Shown: positions 27,675-37,076, numbered from the stretch's first letter. The stretch is 64,000 nucleotides of DNA from Vicinamibacterales bacterium (GCA_035512575.1 DATKDT010000078.1:32896-96895), one strand, 5' to 3'. The notes: a model not told the origin generated them from the letters alone. Numbers and translations: made by a program.

Positions 27675-30393
27675 AGGACTTCGCGTCCTTCCAGTTGGCG
27701 CCGGCGCCGACATCCACGGTCAGCGGCACGTCCAGCACCGCCGCCCGCTCCATCTGCCCGCGCACCAGCGCCGTGACCTCCTCCGCGGCCGCCTCCGGCA
27801 CCTCGAACAGCAGCTCGTCGTGCACGGTGAGAATCATGCGCGCGGGCGTCGGCCGGCCGGCATTCCAGGTTACGAGCGCGGCGTGCGTATCGACCATCGC
27901 GCGCTTCAGAATGTCGGCCGCCATCCCCTGGATCGGAAAGTTCGTCGTCTCGCGCTCGGCCCGCGCGCGGATCTGGCCGTTCGTGCTGTTGAGATCCGGC
28001 ACGAGCCGGCGCCGGCCGTCGGGCGTCCGGACGATGCCCGCGCGCCGCGCCTCGTCGAGCGTGCGGTCGATGTAGGCGCGCACGCCGGGAAAGCCCGCGA
28101 AGTACGCGTCGATGAACGCCTGCGCCTCGTCCTGCGACACGTCGATGTCCTTCGCCAGCGTGTACTTCGTCTTGCCGTAGAGCACGGCGTAGTTGACCAT
28201 CTTCGCCGTGGCGCGCAGGTCCTGGCGGTTGCTCTGATCCATGCCGCCGAGCAGCGCCGCCGCCGTGCGATCGTGGATGTCCTCGCCCGCGCGGAACGCG
28301 TCGATGAGCGCCGCGTCCTGCGCGAGATGCGCGAGCACCCGGAGCTCGATCTGCGAGTAGTCGGCCGAGAGCAGCACGTGCCCGTCCTCGGCGACGAAGG
28401 CGCGGCGGATCTCGCGCCCCGCCGGCGTGCGGATGGGGATGTTCTGCAGATTCGGGTCGCTGCTGCTCAGCCGCCCTGTCGCGGCGACGGCCTGGTTGAA
28501 GCAGGTGTGCACCCGCCCCGTCAGCGGATGAATCAGCTGCGGCAGCGCGTCGATGTACGTGCCTTTCAGCTTCTGGATGACGCGCCACTGCAGGATCAGC
28601 CGCACGACTTCATGTTCCTCCGCCAGATCCTCGAGCACGTCGGCCGCCGTGGACGTGGCCTTCGTCTTCATCGTCCGGCGCGCCGCCGGCGGCGGCTTCA
28701 GTCCAAGCTTCTCGAAGAGCACCTCGGAGAGCTGCCTGGGGGAATTGATGTTGAACGCGAGGCCCGCCAGGGCGAAGATGCGGCCGCTCAGCTGCGCGAG
28801 TTCGGCGTCGAGCGATCGCGACTGTCCGGCCAGCGCCGAGGCGTCGATCTTGACGCCCGCCCGCTCGATGGCGACGAGCACGGGCACCAGGGGCATCTCG
28901 AGATCGGCATAGAGGCGGTCGAGCGACTCGCGCGCGAGCGCGTCCCTGAGCGGGGCCGCCAGCTGCAGCGGCAGATCCGACCGCTCGCCGGCAAAATCGA
29001 CGATGGCGTCCGGCGACACGTCGCTCAGGCGAAGGGCCCGGGCGCCGCGCCCGCAGACGTCTTCCTCGCGCCGCGCCTTGTAGCCGATCTGCTCGAGCGC
29101 CAGATCCTCCACCAGATGCGACGACCGCGTCGCATCGACCAGATAGCTGGCAATCATGGTGTCGAACGACGACGCCGGCGAGCCGGGCGAGGCCGGGAGC
29201 GCCAGCGTCACGCCGTGGCGCGCGAGCACGATGGCGTCGAACTTCAGATCGTGGCCGACCTTGCCGATCGACGCGTTCTCGAACACCGGCTTCAGCGCGG
29301 CGATGGCCGTGCCGACCGACAGGTCGGTGGCGCCCCCCAGCGTGCCGGGCGCGAACGGCACGTACCGCGCGCGCCGGGGCTCGGTCGAGAACGCGAGGCC
29401 CGCGATCGCGGCGCGCATCGCGGGCCCGCCGTCGGTCAGCACGCGAAAAGCAAAGGCGGACGACGCCGACAGCTCGCCTGCCAGCGCGTCGAGCGCCTCG
29501 CCGGTCGTCACCAGCGCGTAGTCGCGCGCCACGGTGTCGGCGGTCGGCGCGTATTCGTTGACGAGCGTGCGGAAGCCGAGCTTCGAGAACAGCGCGTACG
29601 CGCGCTCCGGCGACGGGCCGCGGTAGCGCATTGCGCCGGGCTCGAACGCCACGGGCACATCGGTGTGGATCCGCGCCAGCTCGCGACTCTGGCGCGCGCT
29701 GTCGGCATGCGTGATGAGCGACTCGCGCAGCTTCGGTTTCGTGATCTCGGGCGCGCGCGCGAGCAGCGCGTCGAGCGATCCGTACTCGGCAATCAGCTTC
29801 GGCGCGCCCTTCTCGCCGATGCCCGGCACGCCCTTGATGTTGTCGATGGTGTCGCCCATCAGGCCCATCACGTCGACCACGAGCTCCGGTTTCACGCCGA
29901 GTTTCTGCTCGACGGCTTCCGCGTCGAACCAGGTTCCCTCGTCGCGGGGATTGAACACCTTGATCGGCCCGCCGACCAGCTGGAAGAAGTCCTTGTCGCC
30001 GGTCACGATGGCGACGTCGTAGCCGGCGTCGGCCGCCTTCCGGGCCAGCGTGCCGATGACATCGTCCGCCTCGTACCGTTCGGACGTCAGGATGGGCACG
30101 CCCATGGCCTCGCACGCTTCGTGGACCCACGGGATCTGCTCGGCGAGATCGGGCGGCATGGGCGAGCGGTTGGCCTTGTAGTCGGCCGCGATGTCGGAGC
30201 GGAACGTCGGGCCGGCCAGATCGAACGACGCGGCAATGAACTCGGGCTGATGGTCGGCCAGCAGCTTCTTCAGCATCGTCGTGAAGCCGTAGACGGCGTT
30301 GGTGGATTTGCCGTCGGGACCGGTCAGCTCGCGGATCGCGTGGTACGCGCGATACATCTGGTTGCTGCCGTCGATCAGAAAAAGGCGGGCCAT
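27673..30393 (-). CDS. polA: DNA polymerase I
   Basis: LIDGS...RAYHA, EADDVIGT, GDKD, GVPGIGEKGA, TGRLSSSDPNLQNIP, ADYSQIELR, TVHDEL. Confidence 0.97.
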   Translation of the reverse strand: MARLFLIDGSNQMYRAYHAIRELTGPDGKSTNAVYGFTTMLKKLLADHQPEFIAASFDLAGPTFRSDIAADYKANRSPMPPDLAEQIPWVHEACEAMGVPILTSERYEADDVIGTLARKAADAGYDVAIVTGDKDFFQLVGGPIKVFNPRDEGTWFDAEAVEQKLGVKPELVVDVMGLMGDTIDNIKGVPGIGEKGAPKLIAEYGSLDALLARAPEITKPKLRESLITHADSARQSRELARIHTDVPVAFEPGAMRYRGPSPERAYALFSKLGFRTLVNEYAPTADTVARDYALVTTGEALDALAGELSASSAFAFRVLTDGGPAMRAAIAGLAFSTEPRRARYVPFAPGTLGGATDLSVGTAIAALKPVFENASIGKVGHDLKFDAIVLARHGVTLALPASPGSPASSFDTMIASYLVDATRSSHLVEDLALEQIGYKARREEDVCGRGARALRLSDVSPDAIVDFAGERSDLPLQLAAPLRDALARESLDRLYADLEMPLVPVLVAIERAGVKIDASALAGQSRSLDAELAQLSGRIFALAGLAFNINSPRQLSEVLFEKLGLKPPPAARRTMKTKATSTAADVLEDLAEEHEVVRLILQWRVIQKLKGTYIDALPQLIHPLTGRVHTCFNQAVAATGRLSSSDPNLQNIPIRTPAGREIRRAFVAEDGHVLLSADYSQIELRVLAHLAQDAALIDAFRAGEDIHDRTAAALLGGMDQSNRQDLRATAKMVNYAVLYGKTKYTLAKDIDVSQDEAQAFIDAYFAGFPGVRAYIDRTLDEARRAGIVRTPDGRRRLVPDLNSTNGQIRARAERETTNFPIQGMAADILKRAMVDTHAALVTWNAGRPTPARMILTVHDELLFEVPEAAAEEVTALVRGQMERAAVLDVPLTVDVGAGANWKDAKS

Positions 30394-30410
30394 CCAGTTA
30401 AGATATCCCG
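30394..30410. promoter_or_regulatory. Bidirectional overlapping -10 elements for polA and the divergent gene
   Basis: TAAGAT (+, 30399-30404) and TATCTT (-, 30405-30400), each 6 nt from an ATG. Confidence 0.65.
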
Positions 30411-31172
30411 ATGGCTCCCCTCCGAACCCGTCTGCTTGCGGCTGCGGCCCTGCTCGTGGCGATTGCGGCCTGCGGCGGCCGGGGGTTCGGCCGGCAGTAC
30501 GAGTACGAGGAACAGCTCTATCTGCGTCCCGACGGCTCCGCCGCGGTGGTGCTCAACGCGTCGGTGCCGGCGCTGATCGCCCTGCGCGGGCTCGCCCTCG
30601 ATCCCGGGCCTCGCGCCCGGATCGATCGCGGCGAGGTGCGCGAGATGGTGTCCGAGCCCGGTCTGGAGATCGCGCGGGTGAGCCGGCCATGGCGCCGGAA
30701 CGGCCGGCAGTTCATTCAGATCCGCGCCGAAATCGACGACGTCACAAAGCTCGGCGACACGAAACTGTTCAAGTGGTCGACGTACGCCCTGACTGCCCCG
30801 CCGGAGGGCATGCGCGAGTACCGGCAGCTGGTCGGCGCGCCGCCCGGGGCACCGCCGCCCGGGGTTGGCTGGGACGGCAGCGAGCTCGTCGCGTTCAAGC
30901 TGCACGTGCCGAGCCGCATTCGTTCGCACAACGTGCGTCTGCTCGACACGGACGAACCGGGCGGGCACGAGCGCGGCAACATCCTGACGTGGGAGCAGCG
31001 GCTGGGCGACCGGCTCGCGGGCAAGCCGGTCGACATCCAGGTGTCGATGGAGAGCGGCTCGATTCTGTACCGGACGCTGTGGCTGTTCGGGCTGTCGTTC
31101 GGGGCGGCGATGGCGCTGCTCGCGGCGATCATCTGGATGATCATCCGCCGGGGAAGACGCCGGCGCCGTTGA
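30411..31172 (+). CDS. Hypothetical lipoprotein with C-terminal TM anchor
   Basis: LLVAIAA-C lipobox; C-terminal hydrophobic helix followed by RRGRRRRR. Confidence 0.7.
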   Translation: MAPLRTRLLAAAALLVAIAACGGRGFGRQYEYEEQLYLRPDGSAAVVLNASVPALIALRGLALDPGPRARIDRGEVREMVSEPGLEIARVSRPWRRNGRQFIQIRAEIDDVTKLGDTKLFKWSTYALTAPPEGMREYRQLVGAPPGAPPPGVGWDGSELVAFKLHVPSRIRSHNVRLLDTDEPGGHERGNILTWEQRLGDRLAGKPVDIQVSMESGSILYRTLWLFGLSFGAAMALLAAIIWMIIRRGRRRRR

Positions 31173-31671
31173 TTTGATCGTCTACGCGGCTTCCTGCCGC
31201 TTCCTCGGCCAGCGAGACGGCCACGAGACGCTCGACCGCCGTGCGGACGTCGCCCGCCAGCGTGACCCGCCCCCCATCGACCAGAATCCGGATTGGCGGC
31301 TGCGTCATCGCCGCGTAGCGCCGGAACGACGCGTGGCCGTAGATGGCCCGCGCCACGCGGTGCCGCAGCGCATCGTCGGCCGCCGACGAGGAAAGCACGC
31401 CGATGCGATTGACGACCTGCCGCACGCCGGGCACGGTCGCCACTTCCGTCTCCAGCTGATCGCGCTTGCTCGTCGACGTGACTTTTCCGGTCAGCGTGAC
31501 GACGCCGCCCGTGGCCGATGCCGCGACGTGATCGAACACCGTCACGGCCTGCGTGGCCTTGAGCAGGGCGCGCACCGCGTCGAGCGGCTGCTGGCCCGGA
31601 CCTTCGCCCAGGGGGGCGGCCGCAGCGGCGCCGTGGGCCAGCGCGGCCATCAGCACCGCGGCAGAAAACAT
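31141..31671 (-). CDS. Dual BON-domain protein
   Basis: Signal peptide; GGVVTLTGKV...VPGVRQVVNRI and GGRVTLAGDV. Alternative start is GTG 31683. Confidence 0.8.
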   Translation of the reverse strand: MFSAAVLMAALAHGAAAAAPLGEGPGQQPLDAVRALLKATQAVTVFDHVAASATGGVVTLTGKVTSTSKRDQLETEVATVPGVRQVVNRIGVLSSSAADDALRHRVARAIYGHASFRRYAAMTQPPIRILVDGGRVTLAGDVRTAVERLVAVSLAEEAAGSRVDDQINGAGVFPGG

Positions 31672-31694
31672 GGGGACCCGCACATCCAGGGATG

Positions 31695-31710
31695 ATCAAA
31701 CGGAGTGCCA
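31695..31710 (-). promoter_or_regulatory. sigma54-like promoter with variant -12
   Basis: TGGCAC-TCCGT-TTGAT on minus strand; palindrome AAACAGGCCTGTTT at 31735-31748 lies upstream. Confidence 0.45.
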
Positions 31711-31798
31711 GCCGGCGGCCCGCCGGATCGCGCGAAACAGGCCTGTTTTCGCCGGCGCGACGCCTTCCGTCGCGGCCGCTGACGCTGACAGGTGACAG

Positions 31799-32554
31799 CT
31801 AGAGCAGGGCCAGGGTGACGAGCCCGAGCAGGATGAGCGCGAGCTGCCGGAAACTGCCCGCGTCGAATCGTCCCTGGTGCAGCGACGGGATCAGGTCGGC
31901 CATCGCCACGTACAGGAAGGCGCCGGCGGCAAAGGCCAGCACTCTCGGAACGACGGCCGGCGCCGACGCGCCGAAGGCCAGCATCAGCAGCGCGCCGAGC
32001 ACGCCGCCGGTCGCTGACGCGAGGTTGAGCCCGATGGTCGCGCGCCGCGAGTAGCCGGCCGACAGAAGGATCGCCGCATCGCCAACCTCCTGGGGGATCT
32101 CGTGCGCGGCCACGGCCAGCGCGGTCGTGACGCCGAGCCCTGGCGACACCAGGGTCGCGGCGGCTATCACCGCGCCGTCGACGAACGTGTGCACCGCGTC
32201 GCCGACGACGACGAGCGAGGCCGCGCTCGTGTGGGCGGCGCAATCTTCGTCGTCATGGCAGTGGCGCCACAGCACGACTTTTTCGAGGACGAAGAACGTG
32301 AGGATGCCGCCGACCAGCGTGTACATCGCCGTGTCGGTGGGCAGCGTCTCGAGCGATTCGGGCAGCAGGTTGAAGAGCGACGCGCCGAGCAGCGTGCCGA
32401 CGGCATAGCTGACCAGCCAGGGCACCAGCCGCGTGCGCAGGTCGTTGCGGACGAGCAGCACCAGCGAGGCCGTCAACAGGCCGCCGACGCTGCCGACGAT
32501 ACTGAGGCCGACCGCGGTGAGCGACGTCGCGAGATCGGGCGGGGCTATTGGCAA
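31799..32554 (-). CDS. ZIP family metal transporter
   Basis: GDAVHTFVDG, AHEIPQEVGD, YVAMADLIP, HCH loop; multiple TMs. Confidence 0.9.
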   Translation of the reverse strand: MPIAPPDLATSLTAVGLSIVGSVGGLLTASLVLLVRNDLRTRLVPWLVSYAVGTLLGASLFNLLPESLETLPTDTAMYTLVGGILTFFVLEKVVLWRHCHDDEDCAAHTSAASLVVVGDAVHTFVDGAVIAAATLVSPGLGVTTALAVAAHEIPQEVGDAAILLSAGYSRRATIGLNLASATGGVLGALLMLAFGASAPAVVPRVLAFAAGAFLYVAMADLIPSLHQGRFDAGSFRQLALILLGLVTLALL

Positions 32555-32574
32555 GCGATGGACATCTTAGCGTG

Positions 32575-33618
32575 TTAGCTTGCGACGTAGCCCTTGCGCG
32601 CGCGCACGTGGTGATTGCCGCGCTTCAGGCGCACCTCGATGGCGTGCCAGCGGCCGTCCTTCGGGGCGTTCGACGAATAGCCCAGGAAATACTGCCGGCT
32701 CAACTCGTCGGCAATGCCCCGCGTGGCCGAGTCGAGATCGCGCGGCGAGCGGATGATCTCGGTGCGGCCGCCGCTGTCGTCCGTGATGCTGCGCAGCGTG
32801 CCCTCGTCGACGCCGTCGGTCGACGAGCGTGTCGTGCGGCCCGTCGGCTGCGGCTGCGGCCGCGGCCGCTGGACGATCGGCGGGCGGCGTCCCGGGAACG
32901 GGCTCGGAATCGGAATCCTGACGGGCGGAAGCCACGTGGGTCCGCTGCGCACGGTGACCGACGAGCCGCCGCGGCCGTCGATGCCGATGGCGTAGACGAG
33001 CACTTCCGTCTCGCGAATCAGCTGCTGGACCGCCGGGGCATCGATCTGGCTGTTCGTGTCGTTGCCGTCCGAGATGATGACGACGGCCTTCTTGCGCTGC
33101 GCGCCGCTCTGCGCGAGCGGGACGGCCTCGGCCGCGGCGTCATAGAGAGCCGTGCCGCCGCGTGCCTGGATACGGTCGAGCGCGCGGCTCACCGCCCGGC
33201 GATCGGTCGTCCAGTCCTGCACGAGCGTCGCCTGGTTGTCGAACTGGTAGAGGAACACCTCGTCGTTCTGGTCCAGCAGGCTGTACAGGAAGCGCTCCAC
33301 GGCCGCTTTGGCCGACGACATTTTCTCGCCCGACATGCTGCCGCTCGTGTCCATCACGAGTCCGAGGCTGACCGGCACGCGCTCGTTGTCGAAGTGCGTG
33401 ACGCTCACGGGCTCGCCGTCCTCGTAGACCACGAAGTCTTCCTTGCGGAGCCCGGACACGAAGCGGCCGTTGCCGTCGGTGACCGTGACGGTGACGTTCA
33501 CCAGCTGCGCGCTGGTGCGGAACGAGAAGCCGGGTTCCTGCGGCTTCTGCTGCGCCGAAAGCGCGGCCACCGCCGTCATCGCGGCCGCGGCCGTGAGCAG
33601 GAGTCTGTTCGGCTTCAT
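32575..33618 (-). CDS. Secreted VWA domain protein (acidobacterial type)
   Basis: Signal peptide; FRTSAQLVNVTVTVTD..GRFVSGL..EDF.VYEDG; MIDAS DTSGS, TALYDA, ISDG.D; QYFLGY. Confidence 0.9.
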   Translation of the reverse strand: MKPNRLLLTAAAAMTAVAALSAQQKPQEPGFSFRTSAQLVNVTVTVTDGNGRFVSGLRKEDFVVYEDGEPVSVTHFDNERVPVSLGLVMDTSGSMSGEKMSSAKAAVERFLYSLLDQNDEVFLYQFDNQATLVQDWTTDRRAVSRALDRIQARGGTALYDAAAEAVPLAQSGAQRKKAVVIISDGNDTNSQIDAPAVQQLIRETEVLVYAIGIDGRGGSSVTVRSGPTWLPPVRIPIPSPFPGRRPPIVQRPRPQPQPTGRTTRSSTDGVDEGTLRSITDDSGGRTEIIRSPRDLDSATRGIADELSRQYFLGYSSNAPKDGRWHAIEVRLKRGNHHVRARKGYVAS

Positions 33619-33658
33619 GTCTTCCTCTTTCGTCTTCAGTCTTGCGTCTTTCGTCTTA
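33617..33658 (-). repeat. Heptamer array (AAGACNN) forming the whole intergenic spacer
   Basis: Minus strand reads T-AAGACGA AAGACGC AAGACTG AAGACGA AAGAGG AAGACAT-G. Confidence 0.85.
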
Positions 33659-34483
33659 GCGCCGATCGATATGGGCCACCGGCGCCCCGGCGGCATCGCG
33701 GAAGCCGATGCGATATCGCGCGACGCCGTTCGCGGCGGCGATGCGCACGACGAACGGCGATTCGTCGCCGGGGGCGAGCGTGGTGAAGTCGAGCGGCGCG
33801 CGCGCCGTGGCCACCAGCGCGCCGCCGGCATCGATGAGCGCCGCGGCGGCAAACAGCTTCTCGCGGCCGATCGAATCAGGCGGATTGCGGACGACGCCGC
33901 TGATCACGAGCGATCCGTCGGCGGCCTGCTCGTGGCGCAGCGACACCAGGCCGAGCGGCTGCGCGACGGGCGCGGCGGCCGGCGCCGCGATCGACGCAAC
34001 CGTCTCGGTCGTCGGCGCGCCGGCCCGCGACACGGCCCAGCGGAACGCGAGCGTGAACAGCAGCACCATCACGACGGCGCCGATGCCGATGTAGAGCAGA
34101 TGGCTGCGCGTGTTCGGGGCCGCCGGCTCGAACAGTCCGGGCGCGGGCGCCGGCGCAAACGACTCGCATACCGGGGCCGCCGCGGTGTCGCGGAAGATTT
34201 CCACGTCGGCGGCCGACAACCGGACGGGAGCCGCGGGCCGCGGGCGCGGGACGGGAACCGGCGCCGGCGCGGGACGGGCCGCGGGACGGCGCTCGAGTTT
34301 CACGGGCGCATGATCGAAGGCCATCGGCGGCGGCGCGGCGGCAGGCATGCCGGCGAGCGACACGAGCGCGGCGACGCGCGCCTCCGACCGCTGGCGATCC
34401 TGGCGCACCAGGCGCATCAGCACGATCGTGAGTCCGATCGCGAGCACCGACGTCAACGAGGCGACCAGAGCAGCTGTATCCAT
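33656..34483 (-). CDS. Membrane protein with Pro-rich linker and C-terminal Ig-like (FxLYD-like) domain
   Basis: Two hydrophobic helices; ISGVVRN...LIDAGGALV...LAPGDESPF.V. Confidence 0.6.
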   Translation of the reverse strand: MDTAALVASLTSVLAIGLTIVLMRLVRQDRQRSEARVAALVSLAGMPAAAPPPMAFDHAPVKLERRPAARPAPAPVPVPRPRPAAPVRLSAADVEIFRDTAAAPVCESFAPAPAPGLFEPAAPNTRSHLLYIGIGAVVMVLLFTLAFRWAVSRAGAPTTETVASIAAPAAAPVAQPLGLVSLRHEQAADGSLVISGVVRNPPDSIGREKLFAAAALIDAGGALVATARAPLDFTTLAPGDESPFVVRIAAANGVARYRIGFRDAAGAPVAHIDRR

Positions 34484-34489
34484 GATTTC

Positions 34490-35623
34490 CTACCGGAGCT
34501 TGAATTCCACCGCGACTTCCACGACGACATCGACGGGCGCGCCCATGCGCCGGGCGGGCGAGAAGCGCCACTGGCGCACCGCGTCGATGGCCTTCTGATC
34601 GAGCCCCGCGCCGAGGCGGCGCAGCACTCGGATGTCGCCCACCGAGCCGTCGCGCCGCACGACGATTTCGAGCACGACGTCACCTTCGACGCCCTGACGT
34701 CGCGCCTGGTCGGTGTACTGCGGCTTCACTTCGCGCAGCAGCGAAGGCGGATCGATGCCCGAGCCGGGACGGTACGGACCGCCGCCGGTGCCGCCGCCGC
34801 TGCCGGGGCCGATACCCGCGCCGTCGCCTTCGCCCATGCCGGTGCCCGAGCCCGTGCCCGCGCCGCCGCCGGTGCCCGCACCGCTGCTGGCCGCGCCGTT
34901 CGCGGTGGAATCGAGCGTGCCCGCGCGGTCCTCGGCGTCGGCCGGCGCGCTGACAACGGGCGCGGCCACGGCCGGGGCCGCCGGCGCCGGCTTCGGCATT
35001 TCAATCGGCGTCGTCTCACGCATCACCGGACGCACCGGCGGCTGCGACGGAGGCGTGTCGACCCTGGCCCGCGTGCTCACCGGCGGCGGCTTGCGGATGG
35101 GAATCGGCGTGCTCGCCGGCCTGGGCGCGGGACGTCTGATTTGAATCTTCGGCGGTGGCGTCTTCTGCCGCATGCCGCCACCTCCTCCGCCGCCGCCAGG
35201 GCCCGGCTTCATCAGGAACACCAGCCGCGCCGGATCCGCGCGCTTGACGAGCGCCGCTTCAGTGTCGTGGCTCAGGAGCCCCATCGAGCTTGCGGCGACC
35301 AACAGCAGGACTGCCGCGACGTGCAGCGTGCTCGAGAGCGCGAGCGGAAGGCCGGTGTGCCGGCGGGCCGCGATGGGCGGCGACAGGAGCTCGCGGGGAC
35401 CGCCGGGCGCAGCCGGCACCGCCGATGCGTCAGGCGCGCCCGTCAGGGCGCGGACCGCCGCGGCCGCGTCAGGTTCGGCCACGAAGGTGCCGTCGACCGT
35501 CGGGATCAGCCCCGCGGCGATGCGGTCGCGCACGAGCCGGACCGCGACGCCCGCGGCGGTCGCAATCTCGCGCGCGCTGTAGACATCGGCGGCCACCGGC
35601 GAACGGTGTTCGGGAATGAACAT
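34490..35623 (-). CDS. Energy transducer TonB with N-terminal HTH-like extension
   Basis: TM with S-x3-H (SSTLH), Pro/Gly-rich linker, TonB_C (P.YT..ARR.GVEG.V.L...DG.V; A..AVRQWRF.P). Confidence 0.85.
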   Translation of the reverse strand: MFIPEHRSPVAADVYSAREIATAAGVAVRLVRDRIAAGLIPTVDGTFVAEPDAAAAVRALTGAPDASAVPAAPGGPRELLSPPIAARRHTGLPLALSSTLHVAAVLLLVAASSMGLLSHDTEAALVKRADPARLVFLMKPGPGGGGGGGGMRQKTPPPKIQIRRPAPRPASTPIPIRKPPPVSTRARVDTPPSQPPVRPVMRETTPIEMPKPAPAAPAVAAPVVSAPADAEDRAGTLDSTANGAASSGAGTGGGAGTGSGTGMGEGDGAGIGPGSGGGTGGGPYRPGSGIDPPSLLREVKPQYTDQARRQGVEGDVVLEIVVRRDGSVGDIRVLRRLGAGLDQKAIDAVRQWRFSPARRMGAPVDVVVEVAVEFKLR

Positions 35624-35643
35624 GTCGGAACTGCCCGCTGAAG

Positions 35644-35659
35644 GGCAAACGGCTTGCCG
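35644..35659 (-). promoter_or_regulatory. sigma54 -24/-12 promoter for the tonB operon
   Basis: CGGCAA-GCCGT-TTGCC on minus strand, 20 nt before ATG 35623. Confidence 0.55.
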
Positions 35660-35769
35660 GTACGCATGGAACCGGCATGATGGTTTTTCGGCGCAAAACG
35701 CGCAGATCTTTGCAGCCGGCCGTGGATGGGCTGTGCTCAGGGCCGGACAGAACGAAGAAAATGGGGGAC

Positions 35770-36519
35770 ATGAGGACAACAGCAATTGTCACGGGAGCTT
35801 CGAGCGGCATCGGGCGCGCGGCGGCGCGGCGTCTGGCTGCGGACGGCTGGCGCGTGCTGGCGGTCGGCCGCGACCAGGCCGCGCTCGATGCGCTTGCCGG
35901 CGAGCTGGGCGACGCCGTCGCCACGCTGGCGGCCGACGTCACCGGCGCCGGCGCGCCGCGAGCCATCGTGCAGGCGGCGACGAAGAACGGGCAGGCGCTC
36001 GGCGGCCTGGTGCAGGCGGCGGGCGTGATTGCGGGCGGCGGCGTGGACGCCACGACCGACGAGGCGTGGGACGCGATGTTTGCCGTCAACGTGCGCGCGC
36101 CGTTCCGCCTGCTGCGCGAGGCCGCGCCGCACCTCGCGGCGTCGCGCGGCGCGGTCGTCCATGTGTCGAGCGTGACGGGGCTGCGCGCCTTTCCCGGGCT
36201 CGCGTCCTACTGCGCGAGCAAGGCGGCGCTCGATCACCTGACACGCGCCGCGGCGCTCGACCTGGCGCCGACGGGCGTGCGCGTCAACGCGGTGAATCCC
36301 GGCGTCGTGATCACGAACCTGCATCGGCGCGGCGGCATGGACGAGACGCGCTACGCGGCGTTTCTCGAGCACGCGAAAGACACGCATCCGCTCGGCCGCC
36401 CCGGCACGCCAGAGGAGATCGCCGATCTGATTGCGTTTCTGCTGTCGGAGAAGTCAGGCTGGATCACGGGCGAGACGATCGCGATCGACGGCGGACGCCA
36501 CCTGACGTGCTTGCGGTAA
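35770..36519 (+). CDS. SDR family oxidoreductase
   Basis: TGASSGIG, YCASK, VRVNAVNPG, ITGETIAIDGG. Confidence 0.92.
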   Translation: MRTTAIVTGASSGIGRAAARRLAADGWRVLAVGRDQAALDALAGELGDAVATLAADVTGAGAPRAIVQAATKNGQALGGLVQAAGVIAGGGVDATTDEAWDAMFAVNVRAPFRLLREAAPHLAASRGAVVHVSSVTGLRAFPGLASYCASKAALDHLTRAAALDLAPTGVRVNAVNPGVVITNLHRRGGMDETRYAAFLEHAKDTHPLGRPGTPEEIADLIAFLLSEKSGWITGETIAIDGGRHLTCLR

Positions 36520-36530
36520 TTCTCCAACTC

Positions 36531-37076
36531 TTAATTCCCTGTCGCCGCCGACTTGATCCCTTCCACGTAGGTTCTGCCTTCCGCGGCGGCGAGAGTCCTC
36601 ACGCCGCGGAAGCCGGCGGCGCTCAGCATCTGTTGCCGCGCGGATGCGTCTGTCGCCGGCTTCGCGAACAACCCGGCGCGTGGCGCCCGCTCGATCCACA
36701 GCAACCGTCCGCCCGGCCGCAGCACGCCGAACAATGCCGTCAGCGCCGCGACCCGATCGAACTCGCCAAGCGCGGCCAGCGTTTCCTCGATCACCGCGAC
36801 GTCGAAGCTCTCGCGATCGAACGCGAGACGCGGCAGCGGCGCGTCGGCGGTCTCGACGAACGCGCCCGCGGCTTCGATGCGCGCGGCGCGCGCCTTCGCG
36901 CCCGCCGCATCCGGCGCGAGTACGACGACGCGGCCGCTCAGACCGGCGCGCATGGCGACCGCCGTTGCCAGCGTCACGTCGTCGGTTCCGGCGAAGAGCA
37001 CGCGGTCGCCGAGTTTCACGCCAGCCATCGCCAACGGGAGCGCTTCGGGGGGTTGTCCGCGCCGGAAAATGGCCAT
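36531..37076 (-). CDS. Class I SAM methyltransferase-like domain protein with degenerate motif I
   Basis: GDRVL, LAFDRESFDV, VLRPGGRL; VLFAGTDD replaces the usual GxGxG. Confidence 0.6.
   Translation of the reverse strand: MAIFRRGQPPEALPLAMAGVKLGDRVLFAGTDDVTLATAVAMRAGLSGRVVVLAPDAAGAKARAARIEAAGAFVETADAPLPRLAFDRESFDVAVIEETLAALGEFDRVAALTALFGVLRPGGRLLWIERAPRAGLFAKPATDASARQQMLSAAGFRGVRTLAAAEGRTYVEGIKSAATGN

Noticed and set aside
36517..36539. Possible octamer array between SDR and methyltransferase stops; also AGCCCTGA AGCCCTCT in acs at 39720-39735
   Set aside because: Too short and degenerate to distinguish from chance.
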